DNA of 62,816 nucleotides, filler included, from Anaerolineae bacterium (GTDB lineage: Bacteria > Chloroflexota > Anaerolineae > Epilineales > Epilineaceae), in the NCBI GenBank assembly GCA_029262755.1. It is 4 parts of 4 records of this genome, joined end to end, with 100 filler letters (N's around TTAATTAATTAA, not from the genome) between each part and the next. Parts side by side here need not be neighbours in the genome. Positions count along the whole stretch, not along the records: positions 1 to 30,031 come from JAJCYU010000336.1; positions 30,132 to 51,659 come from JAJCYU010000338.1; 2 more parts are not named here. The stretch is one strand, 5' to 3'. The notes beneath the pieces are model-generated. The model saw only the letters and a program-made list of their open reading frames with translations, was not told the DNA's origin and made no database searches. Positions 22,001 to 32,577 of this stretch are shown here, piece by piece. Numbering within the stretch: the first letter of the stretch is position 1; the number at the start of each line of letters is the position of its first letter. The position numbers were made by a program, and so were the translations under genes.

Positions 22001-22202
22001 CAAGCGCCTCGAAGTTGCCGACCAACGGCAGATACGCCGCAATCGCGTTGCCCGGACTCTGCGCGTTGGCGATTCGCGGTGACGTGCTGCGCTGCGCGTC
22101 GCGCTGCGCAGGGAGCACGTTCCACGCGAGTCCTGCAATCAGAATCAGCGCGATACCTCCGCCGGCTGCTGTTCGATGCCAGAGCTTCATGCCGTTTTCC
22201 AT
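19053..22202 (-). CDS. Large secreted multi-beta-propeller protein (two-component regulator propeller-like repeats)
   Basis: N-terminal signal/TM segment. Recurrent DxxGxxWxxT and DGLxxxxV blades over about 1000 aa. No kinase domain. Confidence 0.78.
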   Translation of the reverse strand: MENGMKLWHRTAAGGGIALILIAGLAWNVLPAQRDAQRSTSPRIANAQSPGNAIAAYLPLVGNFEALGLRKNSAQARQGSWSRLAKTDDIRKMLYDPRHETVWVATRGGLLRWPVDARRPTEETFADAKDIALEPDGVLWVADGGTSLRRRTPDGRWGTVDSDLFRSEGIQWVSIGSDLVAVAGASHLLTRKGDGPWELELDLAPSDGTRTVNGLFVDESDAVWVSIVDEFHAYEYPSLVHRRSPRGRWTVITPTIEAEWFQPPSQAASFAQAPDDGVWLLTGPGFGLLQPDGTWTTLMTHEDLTEAGIVAMADEIPWLLAYNGHRRWTSIDTEPDVFLTQDSAGRKLEARAGVATANHGVWLGIPSLGVALPHDPGKLHLPPGQQAWRPMPLESSFDIEVVQDMAVDSSGATWLDESFGSIRRLENDGRMVRFPSSSNHQVATILPDARGVTWVHAGGWPRPWRTAGEGALEPFEGFHELLETRSGNNEGWTGLQWLSLDRLERVWVGTTEGILVPQTDDTWELVSVEHGLLDTRVDYLRPLSSGGMLAVINLREEDAIDGQYDYAFHVQPIGPDGVPGASHRLQIRREGEADVGAARSVRDLAVDWDGALWMVNSDGLWFAPEVGAPLSLVEDQPREIVRYPTRLMTTEDRGLWVGYFYGVAQLPANGEWRVWTFHDGLSSGEVFWLSQGRDDSVLVGMDDGLFRVSTTGAIHGPYRGSGDGRQSAFWDYRVRSALDRPDGSTWILGENGLMTEVTPDGDPLAVFAVHDWAHARDGTQFHPRSDGAIWIATQAGIARRAAGGGPWRTWQTGDGLRAGPTTALLSTANGMAWAGHGVVGRPRQDTERAQGMSAYTPAEGWRPEEHHELDDYEIHALAGDADGQVWAGRFTRDTNGALVAQGLVRRGTDGAWTRVPDPDGRPTIEAAEIVFSRGGVGWIRPNPGSMQGVYRIGLDGRIEDEDVGFPVGGVSDMHPDTEGGVWFATTAGAFHVEDDGQVVQVFARGQLPDNDVSHVVADASGRVHFATPCCGIATYRKGPDWRTEISRPR

Positions 22203-22359
22203 GGTTACGCCTCACGCCCTGTGCGCTCTTCGCCCCGGAGACGCCGAGTGCCCGCGCTCCGAGTTCGGAGCCGAGTCACTGTACGATCTTACCGTTGCAC
22301 GTGCGTCGTCCCGGACGGGCGTAGAGCGGAGAGTGGCGATCGCGATGGATTTCCGCGCC

Positions 22360-24276
22360 CTACCCTTCCAGCTCCCGCGTCAGCACGTAGTCGATCCGTA
22401 AGTACCGCAGCCCGAACAGCCACATGTCGTGCCGTGCTCGAACCGGGGCATCCGTTCCCACACGTTCGTCACGCTCCTCGCTTGGCTCCACCCACACCGT
22501 GATGAGCTCATTGAGCGGCAGCCGGATCGGCAACCAGCGGTTGGCGTAGTAGACGCCCTCGTCACCGTGCTTGTCGCCGGCCGGCAACGTGCCGAGCGCC
22601 AATCCTCCCGGGCGGCCCGGGACCGGGTCCAGGCGCAAGATGCTGGTCAAGCTGCCGCCCGGCAACGGAAACGCGATGTTCATGTAGGGGATGCCCTCGT
22701 GGCGATGGAGGGCATAGGCGGCCGCGTAAACGCACTCGCCCGACGCGACGTAGGTGCGCACCCAGGCGCGCACGTCCCCGCGTCCATCACGGTGGCCGTC
22801 GAGGGCGACGAGGCGGCTTCGCATGGCTTGGTCGTGGGTCTCGTTTGTAGGTAGGCCGAGTTGGCCGACGCGACGACCGAAACGACGGAAGACGCGGCCG
22901 CCAAGGCGGAATCCGGGCGACCAAAGTGCCGTGGCTTCGATCGAGTAGTCGGCCGTGTGTTGGTAGAAGCCGCGCACGGCCGGGTGAAGCTCGGAAGGGG
23001 CGAAGCCATCACGGGCGAAGGCGTCCATGTCCGCTACGAAACCGGTGATCGGCTCCCCGGCGTGCACTAGCCCCATTCGGTCGAAGAAGTCAGGCCCAAC
23101 GAAGCGACTGGCCGATAGGCGCGAGAATGGTGGGCACAGCGTTGAGCGTCGGGCGGCGGTTGGGGCGAACCGCAGGCTGAGCAGGCCGCAAAGTGCGAAG
23201 CCGAACGCGTTGAAAAGGCCGTGATACCGGGCCATCGTGGGCACGGTTACCAGCACGGTTCCGCGCAGCTCGCCGACGGCGTACAGGGCAGCCAAGATCA
23301 TTGGAATCCCGAGCGCGAGCCCGGAGATCGTGAGCAGCAGCGCTGCGCCACGGTGCGGGACCTTGCGCGCAACCTCGGCCACGAGCACAACCGCCAACGT
23401 AGACATACCGAGCGCAAGTACGATGGCCGCCACGACCTCCGTCGCGGGCGAGAAGGCGATGCCCACGGCCACCATGATCGGGCCGAAGAGCACGACGAGC
23501 GCGCCTGCTCGGTACGCAGCGCGCCAGCCGCGGCGCGACGGCAAGACGCGCCGCCCGGCCAAACCTGCGACCGCACCAGCGGCGAAGCCGGCGAAGTGGA
23601 AGTGAATCGCGGTCAGTTGCACGAGCACCTCGGAATAGCCGAGGCTCCAGCCGGCCGCGGACGCCAGCCACCAGAATGCCGCAAGTGGCAGATAGAGCAG
23701 CGCTCCGGAAGCGACGACGTCATCCAGGCTGCTCAAACCATATCCGGCGAGACGCCATAGGCCGTAGCAAGCGAGCAGGGCGGCTTCGAGGAGCCACGGG
23801 AGTGTCATGAGCGCCGCGAACATGCCCGGTTCGAGCGCAAGTCCCACGACTACGAGGGCGGCCGCGGCTGGGTGCAGCCGACGTGCCCAGTGCTCCACCG
23901 CGACAGGGCGTCCATCTCGTTTCGGGACGACCAACATCGACAGCGCCAACGGCACCAAGACCAAAGGTGCCAGCGCCAACGCGACGTCGAGCCCGATCCG
24001 CCACGAGGGCATCGCCGCCGTGGTCGGGAGCCAACCGGCGACGATGGCTGTAACGAAGATAGACCAGAACAACGCACCAAGAACGGCCCACCGTGTCCAT
24101 GTCGCTTCCGGCGACGCGCGTCCGGGGAGCGCACCACGCGATCCACTCGAATCACGTCGGTCGACGGGCCCACTCGCCCCACTCGCCCCAACGGTCTCTC
24201 CCGACCCGCGCGGCGCTTGCGACCCGCCCACCCCACGCGGCACTTGCGCCCCATCCGCCCCACGTGTCGCGCTCAA
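22360..24276 (-). CDS. YndJ-family membrane protein with soluble C-terminal domain
   Basis: [11 protein letters not shown] and HGLFNAFGF YndJ motifs, many TM segments. Start uncertain (TTG overlapping the ABC stop, low-complexity N-terminus). Confidence 0.8.
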   Translation of the reverse strand: MSATRGADGAQVPRGVGGSQAPRGSGETVGASGASGPVDRRDSSGSRGALPGRASPEATWTRWAVLGALFWSIFVTAIVAGWLPTTAAMPSWRIGLDVALALAPLVLVPLALSMLVVPKRDGRPVAVEHWARRLHPAAAALVVVGLALEPGMFAALMTLPWLLEAALLACYGLWRLAGYGLSSLDDVVASGALLYLPLAAFWWLASAAGWSLGYSEVLVQLTAIHFHFAGFAAGAVAGLAGRRVLPSRRGWRAAYRAGALVVLFGPIMVAVGIAFSPATEVVAAIVLALGMSTLAVVLVAEVARKVPHRGAALLLTISGLALGIPMILAALYAVGELRGTVLVTVPTMARYHGLFNAFGFALCGLLSLRFAPTAARRSTLCPPFSRLSASRFVGPDFFDRMGLVHAGEPITGFVADMDAFARDGFAPSELHPAVRGFYQHTADYSIEATALWSPGFRLGGRVFRRFGRRVGQLGLPTNETHDQAMRSRLVALDGHRDGRGDVRAWVRTYVASGECVYAAAYALHRHEGIPYMNIAFPLPGGSLTSILRLDPVPGRPGGLALGTLPAGDKHGDEGVYYANRWLPIRLPLNELITVWVEPSEERDERVGTDAPVRARHDMWLFGLRYLRIDYVLTRELEG

Positions 24277-26123
24277 CCCTCCGCCGCCGCATCAACCTCC
24301 ACCCGCTCCCCCGTCTGCACGCGCCACAGCGCCGCATAGATACCGTCCGCCGCCGCCAGCTCCTCGTGGCGGCCGTGCTCGACGATGCGGCCGCGTTCCA
24401 AGACGTAGATCGCGTCCGCGTTGCGGACCGTGGACAGGCGGTGGGCGATCACGATCGTCGTGCGGCCCACGGCCAGGCGCTCCAGCGAGCGTTGGATGGC
24501 GGCCTCCGTCTCGTTGTCCACGGAGCTCGTGGCTTCGTCGAGCACGAGGACGGGCGGGTCGCGCAGGACGGCGCGGGCGATCGAGATGCGCTGGCGTTGG
24601 CCGCCGGATAGCTTTTGGCCGCGCTCGCCGACGATCGTGTCGTAGCCGGCGGGCAGGGCGCGTACGAAGTCGTCGGCCTCTGCGATGCGGGCGGCGGCCA
24701 CGATGTCCTCGTCTGCGGCGTCGGGGCGGCCGTAGGCGATGTTCTCGCGCACCGTGCCGTGGAAGAGGAAGACGTCTTGGCTGACGTAGCCGATCGCGCG
24801 GCGCAGATCGGCCAGGCGCAGATCGCGCAGGTCGACGCCGTCGAGCGTGATGCGGCCGGCGGTGGGGTCGTAAAAGCGCAGCAGCAGCTTGACCAACGTG
24901 CTCTTGCCCGCGCCCGTGGAGCCCACGAAGGCGACCGTGCGGCCGGCGGGGATCGCGAGCGAGAGATCGGCGACCACGTCGGGGCCCTCGCTGTACGCAA
25001 AGCGCAGGTCCTCGAGCGCAATCTCGCCGCGCACCTGGTCCAGGGGCAGCGGGTCGGCGCCGTCGCGAATGCCGATGGGCGTGTCGAGCAGATCGAGCAC
25101 GCGCGCGGTGGACGCCATCGCGCGTTGGTAGAGGTCGAAGGTCTGTCCGAGCCGTGTGAGAGGCCAGAGCAGGCGCTGGGTCATGAAGACCAGGACGCTG
25201 AAGGCGCCGGCGGCCAGCGGATCGACCGGGCGCAGCGTCTGCATGCCGCCCCAAACGAGGGTGCCTGTGAAGCCGATGACGATGAGCATGCGGATCAGCG
25301 GTGAGAAGGCCGAGCTCAGCCGAATCGCGCTTGCGTTCGCGTCCTGGTAGCGGCGGCTCTCCGTCTCGACGCGTGCCGCCTCGTAGCCCTCGGTCGTAAA
25401 GCTCTTGATGGTGGCGATGCCGCCGAGGTTGTTGGCCAACAAGCTGTTGAGCGCAGACACCCGTTCGCGCACCGCGGCGTAGCGCGGCTCGAGCAGCTTC
25501 TGGTAGCGAAACCCGCCCCACAACACGAAGGGCATGGGCAGGAAGCTGAGCCACGCGACCTCGGGCGCAATCGTGAAGAAGATGGCGCCGATCACGATCA
25601 CGGTCGTGCTCACCTGCAGCATGTCGTTGGCGCCGCCGTCCAAGAAGCGTTCCAGCTGGTTTACGTCGTCGTTCAGCACGGCCATGAGCCCGCCCGTCGA
25701 GCGGTCCTCGAAGTAGGCCAGCTCCAGGTCCTGCACGTGCCCGTAGGCATCCAGGCGCAGATCGTGTTGCAGGGACTGGGCGAGGTTGCGCCACCAGACT
25801 CCCCACAGATATTCGAACAAGGACTCAAAGGACCAGATGAAGACCGTGGCCGCCGCCAGGATCCACAGTTGCTCGGTCGCGCTCGGCGCGCCGGCCCAGC
25901 CCAGCCGCTCGGCCCAGGAGGCCACAAACGAGCCCTCGCGCTCCACGACGACGTCCACGGCCGCGCCGATCAGCAGCGGCGGCGCAAGGTCGAAGAGCTT
26001 GTTGAGCACGGAAAAGAGGGATGCGGTCCAAACGCGCCGACGATACGAGCGCGCGTAGCGCAGCAGGCGTGACAGCGGATGGGCCGCGGCGCCTGGAAGG
26101 GTGCTCGGGGAACGGGCGGTCAT
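24273..26123 (-). CDS. ABC exporter, fused permease and ATPase (MsbA/MdlB-like)
   Basis: [37 protein letters not shown]-terminal TM domain. Confidence 0.95.
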   Translation of the reverse strand: MTARSPSTLPGAAAHPLSRLLRYARSYRRRVWTASLFSVLNKLFDLAPPLLIGAAVDVVVEREGSFVASWAERLGWAGAPSATEQLWILAAATVFIWSFESLFEYLWGVWWRNLAQSLQHDLRLDAYGHVQDLELAYFEDRSTGGLMAVLNDDVNQLERFLDGGANDMLQVSTTVIVIGAIFFTIAPEVAWLSFLPMPFVLWGGFRYQKLLEPRYAAVRERVSALNSLLANNLGGIATIKSFTTEGYEAARVETESRRYQDANASAIRLSSAFSPLIRMLIVIGFTGTLVWGGMQTLRPVDPLAAGAFSVLVFMTQRLLWPLTRLGQTFDLYQRAMASTARVLDLLDTPIGIRDGADPLPLDQVRGEIALEDLRFAYSEGPDVVADLSLAIPAGRTVAFVGSTGAGKSTLVKLLLRFYDPTAGRITLDGVDLRDLRLADLRRAIGYVSQDVFLFHGTVRENIAYGRPDAADEDIVAAARIAEADDFVRALPAGYDTIVGERGQKLSGGQRQRISIARAVLRDPPVLVLDEATSSVDNETEAAIQRSLERLAVGRTTIVIAHRLSTVRNADAIYVLERGRIVEHGRHEELAAADGIYAALWRVQTGERVEVDAAAEG

Positions 26124-26158
26124 AGCGGGCTCCGGAGGCGGGGCAACGATGGGAGCCT

Positions 26159-26211
26159 ATCGTAGGATGGTCGCAGGGCCGGTCAAGAACCCGCGAGCCC
26201 GATGCTAGAAT
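26159..26211. promoter_or_regulatory. Putative divergent sigma70 promoters
   Basis: Minus strand TTGACC-N16-TACGAT (26186-26159) toward the ABC gene. Plus strand extended -10 TGCTAGAAT (26203-26211) toward DUF2270. Confidence 0.5.
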
Positions 26212-26265
26212 GGCCGTCCGGTCGACGCGAGCACACGATGCGCCGCAACGCGGGGAGAACACACC

Positions 26266-27633
26266 ATGTCAGCCGATGAGGCGAAGGAGCCGGGAGCGCG
26301 CGGCGACGCGTCCGAGGAGGTATCCCGCACGAGCCCGGCGAGGCCCTCCGAAGCCGACGAGGCTGCCTCCGAGGCCGACTCGTCGGCCGCCGGCGGCGTG
26401 GGTCCCGCGGCCATCGCGGTCAACACGCCGAGTACACCTCGCGCTCCACGCGGCCAGTCGGGCGAAGAGAGCGGCCTCCTCCGTGGTTCCACGCAACCCC
26501 CACCCGCCACCGGCGTTCCCGATCCGACCGACAAGCCGCCCCACACCGACACCGAGCCCCAGACCGACGACGCCGTATGGACCTACCGCGGCTACGAGTT
26601 GCGAGCCGGCGAGTTCAACACGGCCATGGTGCACTTGTTCCGCGGCGAGATCACGCGTTCCAACATGTGGCGGCAACGGCTGGATGCCACGACGAATTGG
26701 GCCGTGCTGACCACGGGCGCTGCGATCTCCTTCGCGTTCAGCGCGGGCGGCACGGCGGTGGCAGGTGAAGGCAGCGAGCACGGTGTGATCATCCTGAGCA
26801 CGCTGTTGGTCACGATCTTCCTCATGGCGGAAGCACGGCGCTATCGCTACTACGAGCTTTGGAGCTCGCGCGTACGCCTGATGGAGACCGACTTCTTCGC
26901 CGCGATGCTCGTGCCGCCCTTTCATCCCTCACCCGATTGGGCCGAGAGCCTCGCAGAGAACCTCCTTCACCCCGAGTTCCCGATCTCGCGCTGGGAGGCC
27001 CTCGGTCGGCGTTTCCGGCGCAACTACATGTGGATCTACGTCCTGCTCGGGGTCGCGTGGCTGCTGAAGGTCTGGCTCCACCCGGTCCAAGCCTATTCCG
27101 AGAGCCAGTTGCTCGTGCCGGAGATCTTCTTCGCCAATGCGGCGATCGGCCCCATTCCCGGACAGCTCATCGTGGCGGTGGGTCTGGCGTTCAACGTCTT
27201 CGTCATGGCCGCGGGCATGCTGACCATCGGACTACAGCAATCGGCGGGCGAAGTGCTGCCGCGCTACGGGCCAGCCGTGCGCGGGGTCAAGCGCAGGGGT
27301 GAACGCGCCTGGTTTCGTCCAAGCCGTAAGCGCTCGCAGCTCGTTACCTTTATCGTGACCGGTAAGCCGGACGCGGTCGCGGCGGGCATCTTGAGCGACC
27401 TGCACCGCGGCGTGACCTCCATGCCCGCGCGCGGGATGTACTCCGGCGACGACCGCGCGGTCCTGCTGTGTGCGCTCACCGTTACCGAGGTCGCGCAACT
27501 GCGCTCCGTAGTCGAGTCGGTCGATCGCAAGGCCTTCGTGATCGTTTCGCCCGTCGAGCAAGTGCTCGGCGAGGGTTTCCGCCCGCTCGAGGAAGAGCGC
27601 ACCGGTCCACGTGAGGAGCCGCGCCAAGGATGA
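26266..27633 (+). CDS. DUF2270 membrane domain fused to a C-terminal DUF2179 (PII/GlnB-like) domain
   Basis: HLFRGEITRSNMWRQRLDATTNWAV and EARRYRYY (DUF2270). RGVT...GMYSG...D.KAFVIV...VLGEGF (YitT C-terminal type). Confidence 0.82.
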   Translation: MSADEAKEPGARGDASEEVSRTSPARPSEADEAASEADSSAAGGVGPAAIAVNTPSTPRAPRGQSGEESGLLRGSTQPPPATGVPDPTDKPPHTDTEPQTDDAVWTYRGYELRAGEFNTAMVHLFRGEITRSNMWRQRLDATTNWAVLTTGAAISFAFSAGGTAVAGEGSEHGVIILSTLLVTIFLMAEARRYRYYELWSSRVRLMETDFFAAMLVPPFHPSPDWAESLAENLLHPEFPISRWEALGRRFRRNYMWIYVLLGVAWLLKVWLHPVQAYSESQLLVPEIFFANAAIGPIPGQLIVAVGLAFNVFVMAAGMLTIGLQQSAGEVLPRYGPAVRGVKRRGERAWFRPSRKRSQLVTFIVTGKPDAVAAGILSDLHRGVTSMPARGMYSGDDRAVLLCALTVTEVAQLRSVVESVDRKAFVIVSPVEQVLGEGFRPLEEERTGPREEPRQG

Positions 27634-30031
27634 GCGAGCGCCGCGGAGCCTTCGTCCGCGGTTGGCCAGGCGCATGGATCGCGCTTTGCATCTTGCTGTG
27701 GCTCCCGTCGGCGGGGATGCCCACCAACGCCGTGGCCTCGCGATCGAAGGCGCCAAAGATCCACCACCCGGCCGCCGCGCGGGCGTTTCAGCAGGCAACG
27801 CCGAGCGCCACAGCGACCGATATCGTACCCGTCGGGACGCCACCTCCGCCCATCGACCTCGTCCTGTCCGCACTGGACGGCCGCCTGCTGCGCTCCGATC
27901 CACAGACCTTCGACGTGGCAGGCGATGTAGTCGCGCATGTCCGAAACGCCGGCAGCGCCGCATTGACGGGCACGGCGACGTTGCGGGTGTTTGAGGACCG
28001 GGACCACGACGGTCTGCTGGGTCCGGCGGACCTCGCACTCGGCGCGGCTACGCTGCGCGACCTTGCCCCCGATACCGTGGCGCCGGTAACGGTCACGCTC
28101 GCCGGGCGCACGACCTTTCGCGACAACCGGGTACTCGCGTTCGTCGATCCCGCCGACGCCATTCTGGAGCAGGACGAGGGCAACAACATCGCGCATTCGG
28201 CTGCCCGATGTGCCGTGCCCGAGCGCTTGGTCGACCTTGCCGGTGAGGGCGCGCCCCGTTTGCTGTGGCGGTGGCCGCCCGCCGGTGGGCCGGAACAAGC
28301 GCCGTGGGCGGTCGAGGTCGAGATGGCTCCGTTGGTCATCGATCTCGACGCGGACGGCCTGCCGGAGGTGCTGTTCATCAGCCGCGACAAGGCGCGCGGC
28401 GACGGCGGTCAGGCGGCCGGGGTGTTGCGTGCGGTCTCCGGCCGCGACGGCGCGACCCTCTGGACGGCGGATGCGGACAGCCTCTTGCTCTACCCCTTCA
28501 TCACGCCCGCTACGGCCGACCTCAATGGCGACGGACGGCCAGAGATCGTTGCGGCGGCCCGCGGTCTGCAGGCCCTGATCGCCTTCGACGCGCGTGGCGC
28601 GCAGCGCTGGCGACGCGACGTGGAGCTTGCACTCGCGGAAGACACCCGGATCTCCATCGCGGATATCGATGCGGACGGCCGGCCGGAAGTCCTCGCCGGC
28701 GGCTGGGCTCTTGAAGGCGCCAACGGCGCGCCCCGTTTCGGGGATACCCCCGCGGCGCTGGCGGCCGACTTCAACGGCGATCTGCTGCGGCCCTTGGACT
28801 CGGATGACGCTCCAATACGCGGTCTCGAGATCCTCAGCGGCGCGCGACTCGTCGACGCCGCGGGCGCGCTGCTGCGGACCTACGGCGCCCTCTCCGGCCA
28901 TAGCTGGGAGCAGGCGGTGGCCGATATCGATCGCGATGGCTCGCCCGACATCGTGGACGTGCGTCGCGTGGGACCGCGCGACAATCCGGAGGGCGTCGTG
29001 CGCGTGGTCGACGCGCGCCTGGGCACGCTTCTGTGGGCGGCGCCGTTCCCCGTGCGCCCCCTGACCCCGGGCAGCGGCGCGCGCGGCGGGCCGCCCGCGA
29101 TCGCCGACATGGACGGGGACGGCTGGCCGGAGATCGCGGTTGCCGGCCAACGCCGCCTCGCGGTGTTCCGCTTCCGAAGCCGGGAAAGCGACGGCGGCAT
29201 CTTCAGCCTCAACATCGACGACGACAACTCCGCGAAGACGGGCATCGCGGCCGCCGACCTGGACGGCGACGGCCGCGCCGAGCTGGCCTACACGGATGAA
29301 CACCTGGCCTACCTGATCCAACTCGACGAAGCCGGCCAGCGGCTGCGCATCGTCTGGCAGACGCCCAGCCCGAGCAACACCCTACGCGAAATGCCCGTCT
29401 TCGCCGACATCACGGGCGACGGCCAGATCAACATGGTCCTGCCGACGGGCCAGGACACGCGCAGCGGTCTAAGCGGCGTGCGCGCCTACGGCAACCCGGC
29501 GTGGACGGCCGCGCGGCCCGTATGGAACCAGCACGCATTCCACGGCGACCACATCGCGGACGATGGCAAGGTGCCGCCGGCGCCGCGTCCAAACTGGCTC
29601 ACCCACAACAGCTTTCGTACCCAGCCCCCGCCCGCGGGCGCACCCGGCGCCCGCCCGGACATTACGGTCGGCGGCGCAAGCGCCACCCCGCTCGGCGACG
29701 GATCGGGCGATGTACGGATCCAGGCTCGGATCGGCAACGCGGGACTCTCCGGCACCCGGCCCGGCCTTGGCGTCCGGTTCCAGGAGGGCGAGCGCCTGTT
29801 CGCCACGAGGATCCTCACCCGCTCCCTCGCGGCGGGCGCGTACGTTGAGGTCGAAGCGATCTGGAGCCCTGCGCCGGGCCAAGAACCACCGCACACGGTG
29901 CTCGTCGACGCGAACCGCGACGCGTCCGGCGTCCTCCTCGAGCCCGAGTGCCCGACGGAGCGCGCCGCGTCCAACAACGCGATCACCGTGACCTTCGGCG
30001 TCGCGCCCACCGCCACACCCTTGGTCCCCGG
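27630..30031 (+). CDS. Secreted FG-GAP/VCBS beta-propeller protein flanked by CARDB-like domains, truncated at the gap
   Basis: Repeated D[LIM]DGDGxPE motifs, VDPADAILEQDEGNN CARDB motif, ARPVWNQHAFH. Runs into Ns within a Pro/Thr linker. Confidence 0.85.
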
Positions 30032-30131
30032 NNNNNNNNNNNNNNNNNNNNNNNNNNNNNNNNNNNNNNNNNNNNTTAATTAATTAANNNNNNNNNNNNN
30101 NNNNNNNNNNNNNNNNNNNNNNNNNNNNNNN
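30032..30131. other. Artificial contig linker
   Basis: 100 nt of Ns around TTAATTAATTAA (stops in all six frames). Confidence 0.99.
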
Positions 30132-30177
30132 AAGGGCTGCCTCTTCGTCAACCCAGCATAGGGGCTTTGGCCTACAC

Positions 30178-32577
30178 CTACGGCTGCGCGTTCCAGGCCA
30201 GCGGCAGGTAGAGCGTCGCCGCGTTCGGTCCCGTCGGCGCGGTCGGGGTCGGAGCGGGAGGCCTCGCCGTCGCGCCCGGGGTCGGCGTCGCCGGTGGCTC
30301 GACGGGGCCGGTCGGCGCCCCGCTGAAGACCCACGGTCGCGCTTGCTTGATGGCGAGGTCGCCCTCGGCGGTGATCTTGTACTCGATCTCCATCGCGAAA
30401 TCCGGGGCGAGCGGGGCGACGCCGTATAGCGCGCGGAACCCGCGATCGATGACGCCGAGGTAGGCTCGCATCTGCTCGAGGTACTCGTCGCTCAGGATGC
30501 GGACGCCGTCGGCGACCTGGTTGGAGGGGCGCACGAGGGTGAAGCCGCTGCCGGCCGCGGAGCCGAGCAGGATTTCCTCGGGGATCGATAGCGCGTCCGG
30601 GTTGGTCACGAGGTCCTCGCCCACCTGGGTGTTGAGGTAGTACGTGTCGTCCGTCTGGTAGATCGGGTCCGTGCTCACGCCGACGCCATTGGCCAGCTCG
30701 TCGTCGAAATTCTCGTGCACGAGCACGCCCATCGCGGTCTGGAAGTGGTCGATCCGGTAGAACTGTCGCTCATCGAAGGCCCGGAAGTTCCACAGGCTGG
30801 CATAGACCTGCTTGATCGATTTCTCGATGTGTCCTTCGTCGGGTCGGTGCGTGTACGAGTCGTACAGTCCGGCACCGCTGAAACCGGGCAGGTCCTCGTT
30901 GTTCGTGCTCGAACGACAGCGCAGCGGGGTGCCCACCGGGTACGAGGCGTGCATCGCGGCGAGCGCGTCGAGCATGGCGGGCGGCATCTCGCCGTCCTCG
31001 ATGTCGTTGCGCAGGTCCTTCAGCTTCTCTTCCTGCACGTCGTAGTCGCCCTGGAACTCCGGGTCGGCAAGCAAGGCCCGCACGTCGTCGTAGAAGCCGT
31101 TGTGGATCATGAAGGCGTCGTAGTAGGAGAAGGGGACCGCGAAGCCGTCTTGCACGGTGGCTTCGGGGAAGCCGAAGGTGCGTAGGGTGGCCATGTTCGC
31201 GGCCTTCACGCCGTAGCGCGTCCACTGCGCGAAGCGCACCTGGTCCAGCGGCGCGATCTCCGTCGCGCTCAAATCGCGCTCCGGCACGTGGGCCTCCGTG
31301 GGGCGACGCGCCGCGTAATGCGCCTCGACCTCGGCCAACGTGGCCTCGCGCATCTCGTAGCTCTGCGCGCCGACTTTGTAGTAGACGTGCTTGCCGACCA
31401 GGTCGACGATGACCGGATCTGAAAGCGCGTCCGCGATGAACGCGTTCGGCACGCCGTCCTGGATGGCGCGCAGGTTCACGTGGGAGAGCGGTGTCTGCGG
31501 CACGGTGGTGATGATGCCGCCCACACGGGACATCTCGTTGGGCAGGGCCTCGTAGAGCACGATGTCACGCTGGCCGGGGCGCTCGTTGGGGTCCATGACC
31601 CGCAACAGGCCGTAGCCCTCCGCCAGGTTGAGCGGCAGATAGCGTACGTCCGCGAAGATGTCCTCTTCGAGCAGGATCTTCACGCGTGAGGCGTCAAAGA
31701 GCGCCTTCTCCCGTTCGTAGCGGGGGAGGGCGGCATTGGGCATCGGATAGTAGGCCCAGTCGTTCTGAAGCAAGGGAAGGTTTCTGGCCATCATCTCGTA
31801 GGCCATCTGCACTTCCGCGAAGGGGTAGTTGTCGTTCGGTTCGAACTCCCAGCGGTACACGCCGAGCGCACCGTTGGGACCGAGGACGTTCGGGTGATAG
31901 ACGATCTCGCCGCGCATCGAGTTGGGCACGCCGCCGCGTCCACCACCGGGCCGGCCGCCGCCGCCGCCCTGGCTGAGCCCCACGGCGCGCGCGAACTGAC
32001 CGTGCGAGCGGTGCGTCTCGGTGTTCATGAAGTACACGGTCGGGTTGTCCGTGTTCGCGTTGAGCAAATAGAACTTCACGAACTCCAGATCTTCGAGGTG
32101 GGTGTCGATCAGCACCTGGTCGCCCTCGTAGGAGAGGGCCTCGAAGGTCGCGCGATCCGGGATGGTCACCATGCCGTCTTCCGCGTCGATCTCCGGCGCC
32201 GCGTTGAAGGGCCCGAGCCGACCGAGGTTCTCGAACTCCTCGACGTCGTCGATGCCGTCTTGGTCCCAATCGCCTGGAGTAGCCCGGTCGTAGCGCTGGA
32301 CACGGTAATGCGCCTGCGGATAGGCCGCCAGGGACTCGGTGAGGGTGGTCGTGCCGTCGGCGCCCAAAGCCATGGACACCGGGAGCTCCGGCCCATCGGG
32401 CAGCTCCTCCCGAAAGTACAGGATGAAGTAGTCCTCGACCGACGACTCCACTTCGACCTGCACGCGGCCCGTCGGGTCCACGGTGAAGGCGATAGGCGTC
32501 GCATCTTGGGCGTGCGCGGGCAGTGCGGATAGGGCCAGCAACGCCGCCGCGGTGAGGATTCGAGTCGTGATCTTCAT
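30178..32577 (-). CDS. Secreted PEP/pyruvate-binding (PPDK_N, ATP-grasp) protein with an upstream phospho-His-like domain
   Basis: RBS GAAGGAAGG, signal peptide ending AHA-Q, TPLSHVNLRA, YGVKAANM, RSSTNNEDLPGFSGAGLYDS, MEIEYK, IKQARP. Confidence 0.85.
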   Translation of the reverse strand: MKITTRILTAAALLALSALPAHAQDATPIAFTVDPTGRVQVEVESSVEDYFILYFREELPDGPELPVSMALGADGTTTLTESLAAYPQAHYRVQRYDRATPGDWDQDGIDDVEEFENLGRLGPFNAAPEIDAEDGMVTIPDRATFEALSYEGDQVLIDTHLEDLEFVKFYLLNANTDNPTVYFMNTETHRSHGQFARAVGLSQGGGGGRPGGGRGGVPNSMRGEIVYHPNVLGPNGALGVYRWEFEPNDNYPFAEVQMAYEMMARNLPLLQNDWAYYPMPNAALPRYEREKALFDASRVKILLEEDIFADVRYLPLNLAEGYGLLRVMDPNERPGQRDIVLYEALPNEMSRVGGIITTVPQTPLSHVNLRAIQDGVPNAFIADALSDPVIVDLVGKHVYYKVGAQSYEMREATLAEVEAHYAARRPTEAHVPERDLSATEIAPLDQVRFAQWTRYGVKAANMATLRTFGFPEATVQDGFAVPFSYYDAFMIHNGFYDDVRALLADPEFQGDYDVQEEKLKDLRNDIEDGEMPPAMLDALAAMHASYPVGTPLRCRSSTNNEDLPGFSGAGLYDSYTHRPDEGHIEKSIKQVYASLWNFRAFDERQFYRIDHFQTAMGVLVHENFDDELANGVGVSTDPIYQTDDTYYLNTQVGEDLVTNPDALSIPEEILLGSAAGSGFTLVRPSNQVADGVRILSDEYLEQMRAYLGVIDRGFRALYGVAPLAPDFAMEIEYKITAEGDLAIKQARPWVFSGAPTGPVEPPATPTPGATARPPAPTPTAPTGPNAATLYLPLAWNAQP

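Noticed and set aside
30032..30131. TTAATTAATTAA palindrome within Ns (also at 51660 and 55109)
   Set aside because: Identical 100-nt artificial joiner. It is not biological, and ORFs or gene clusters spanning it are not real.
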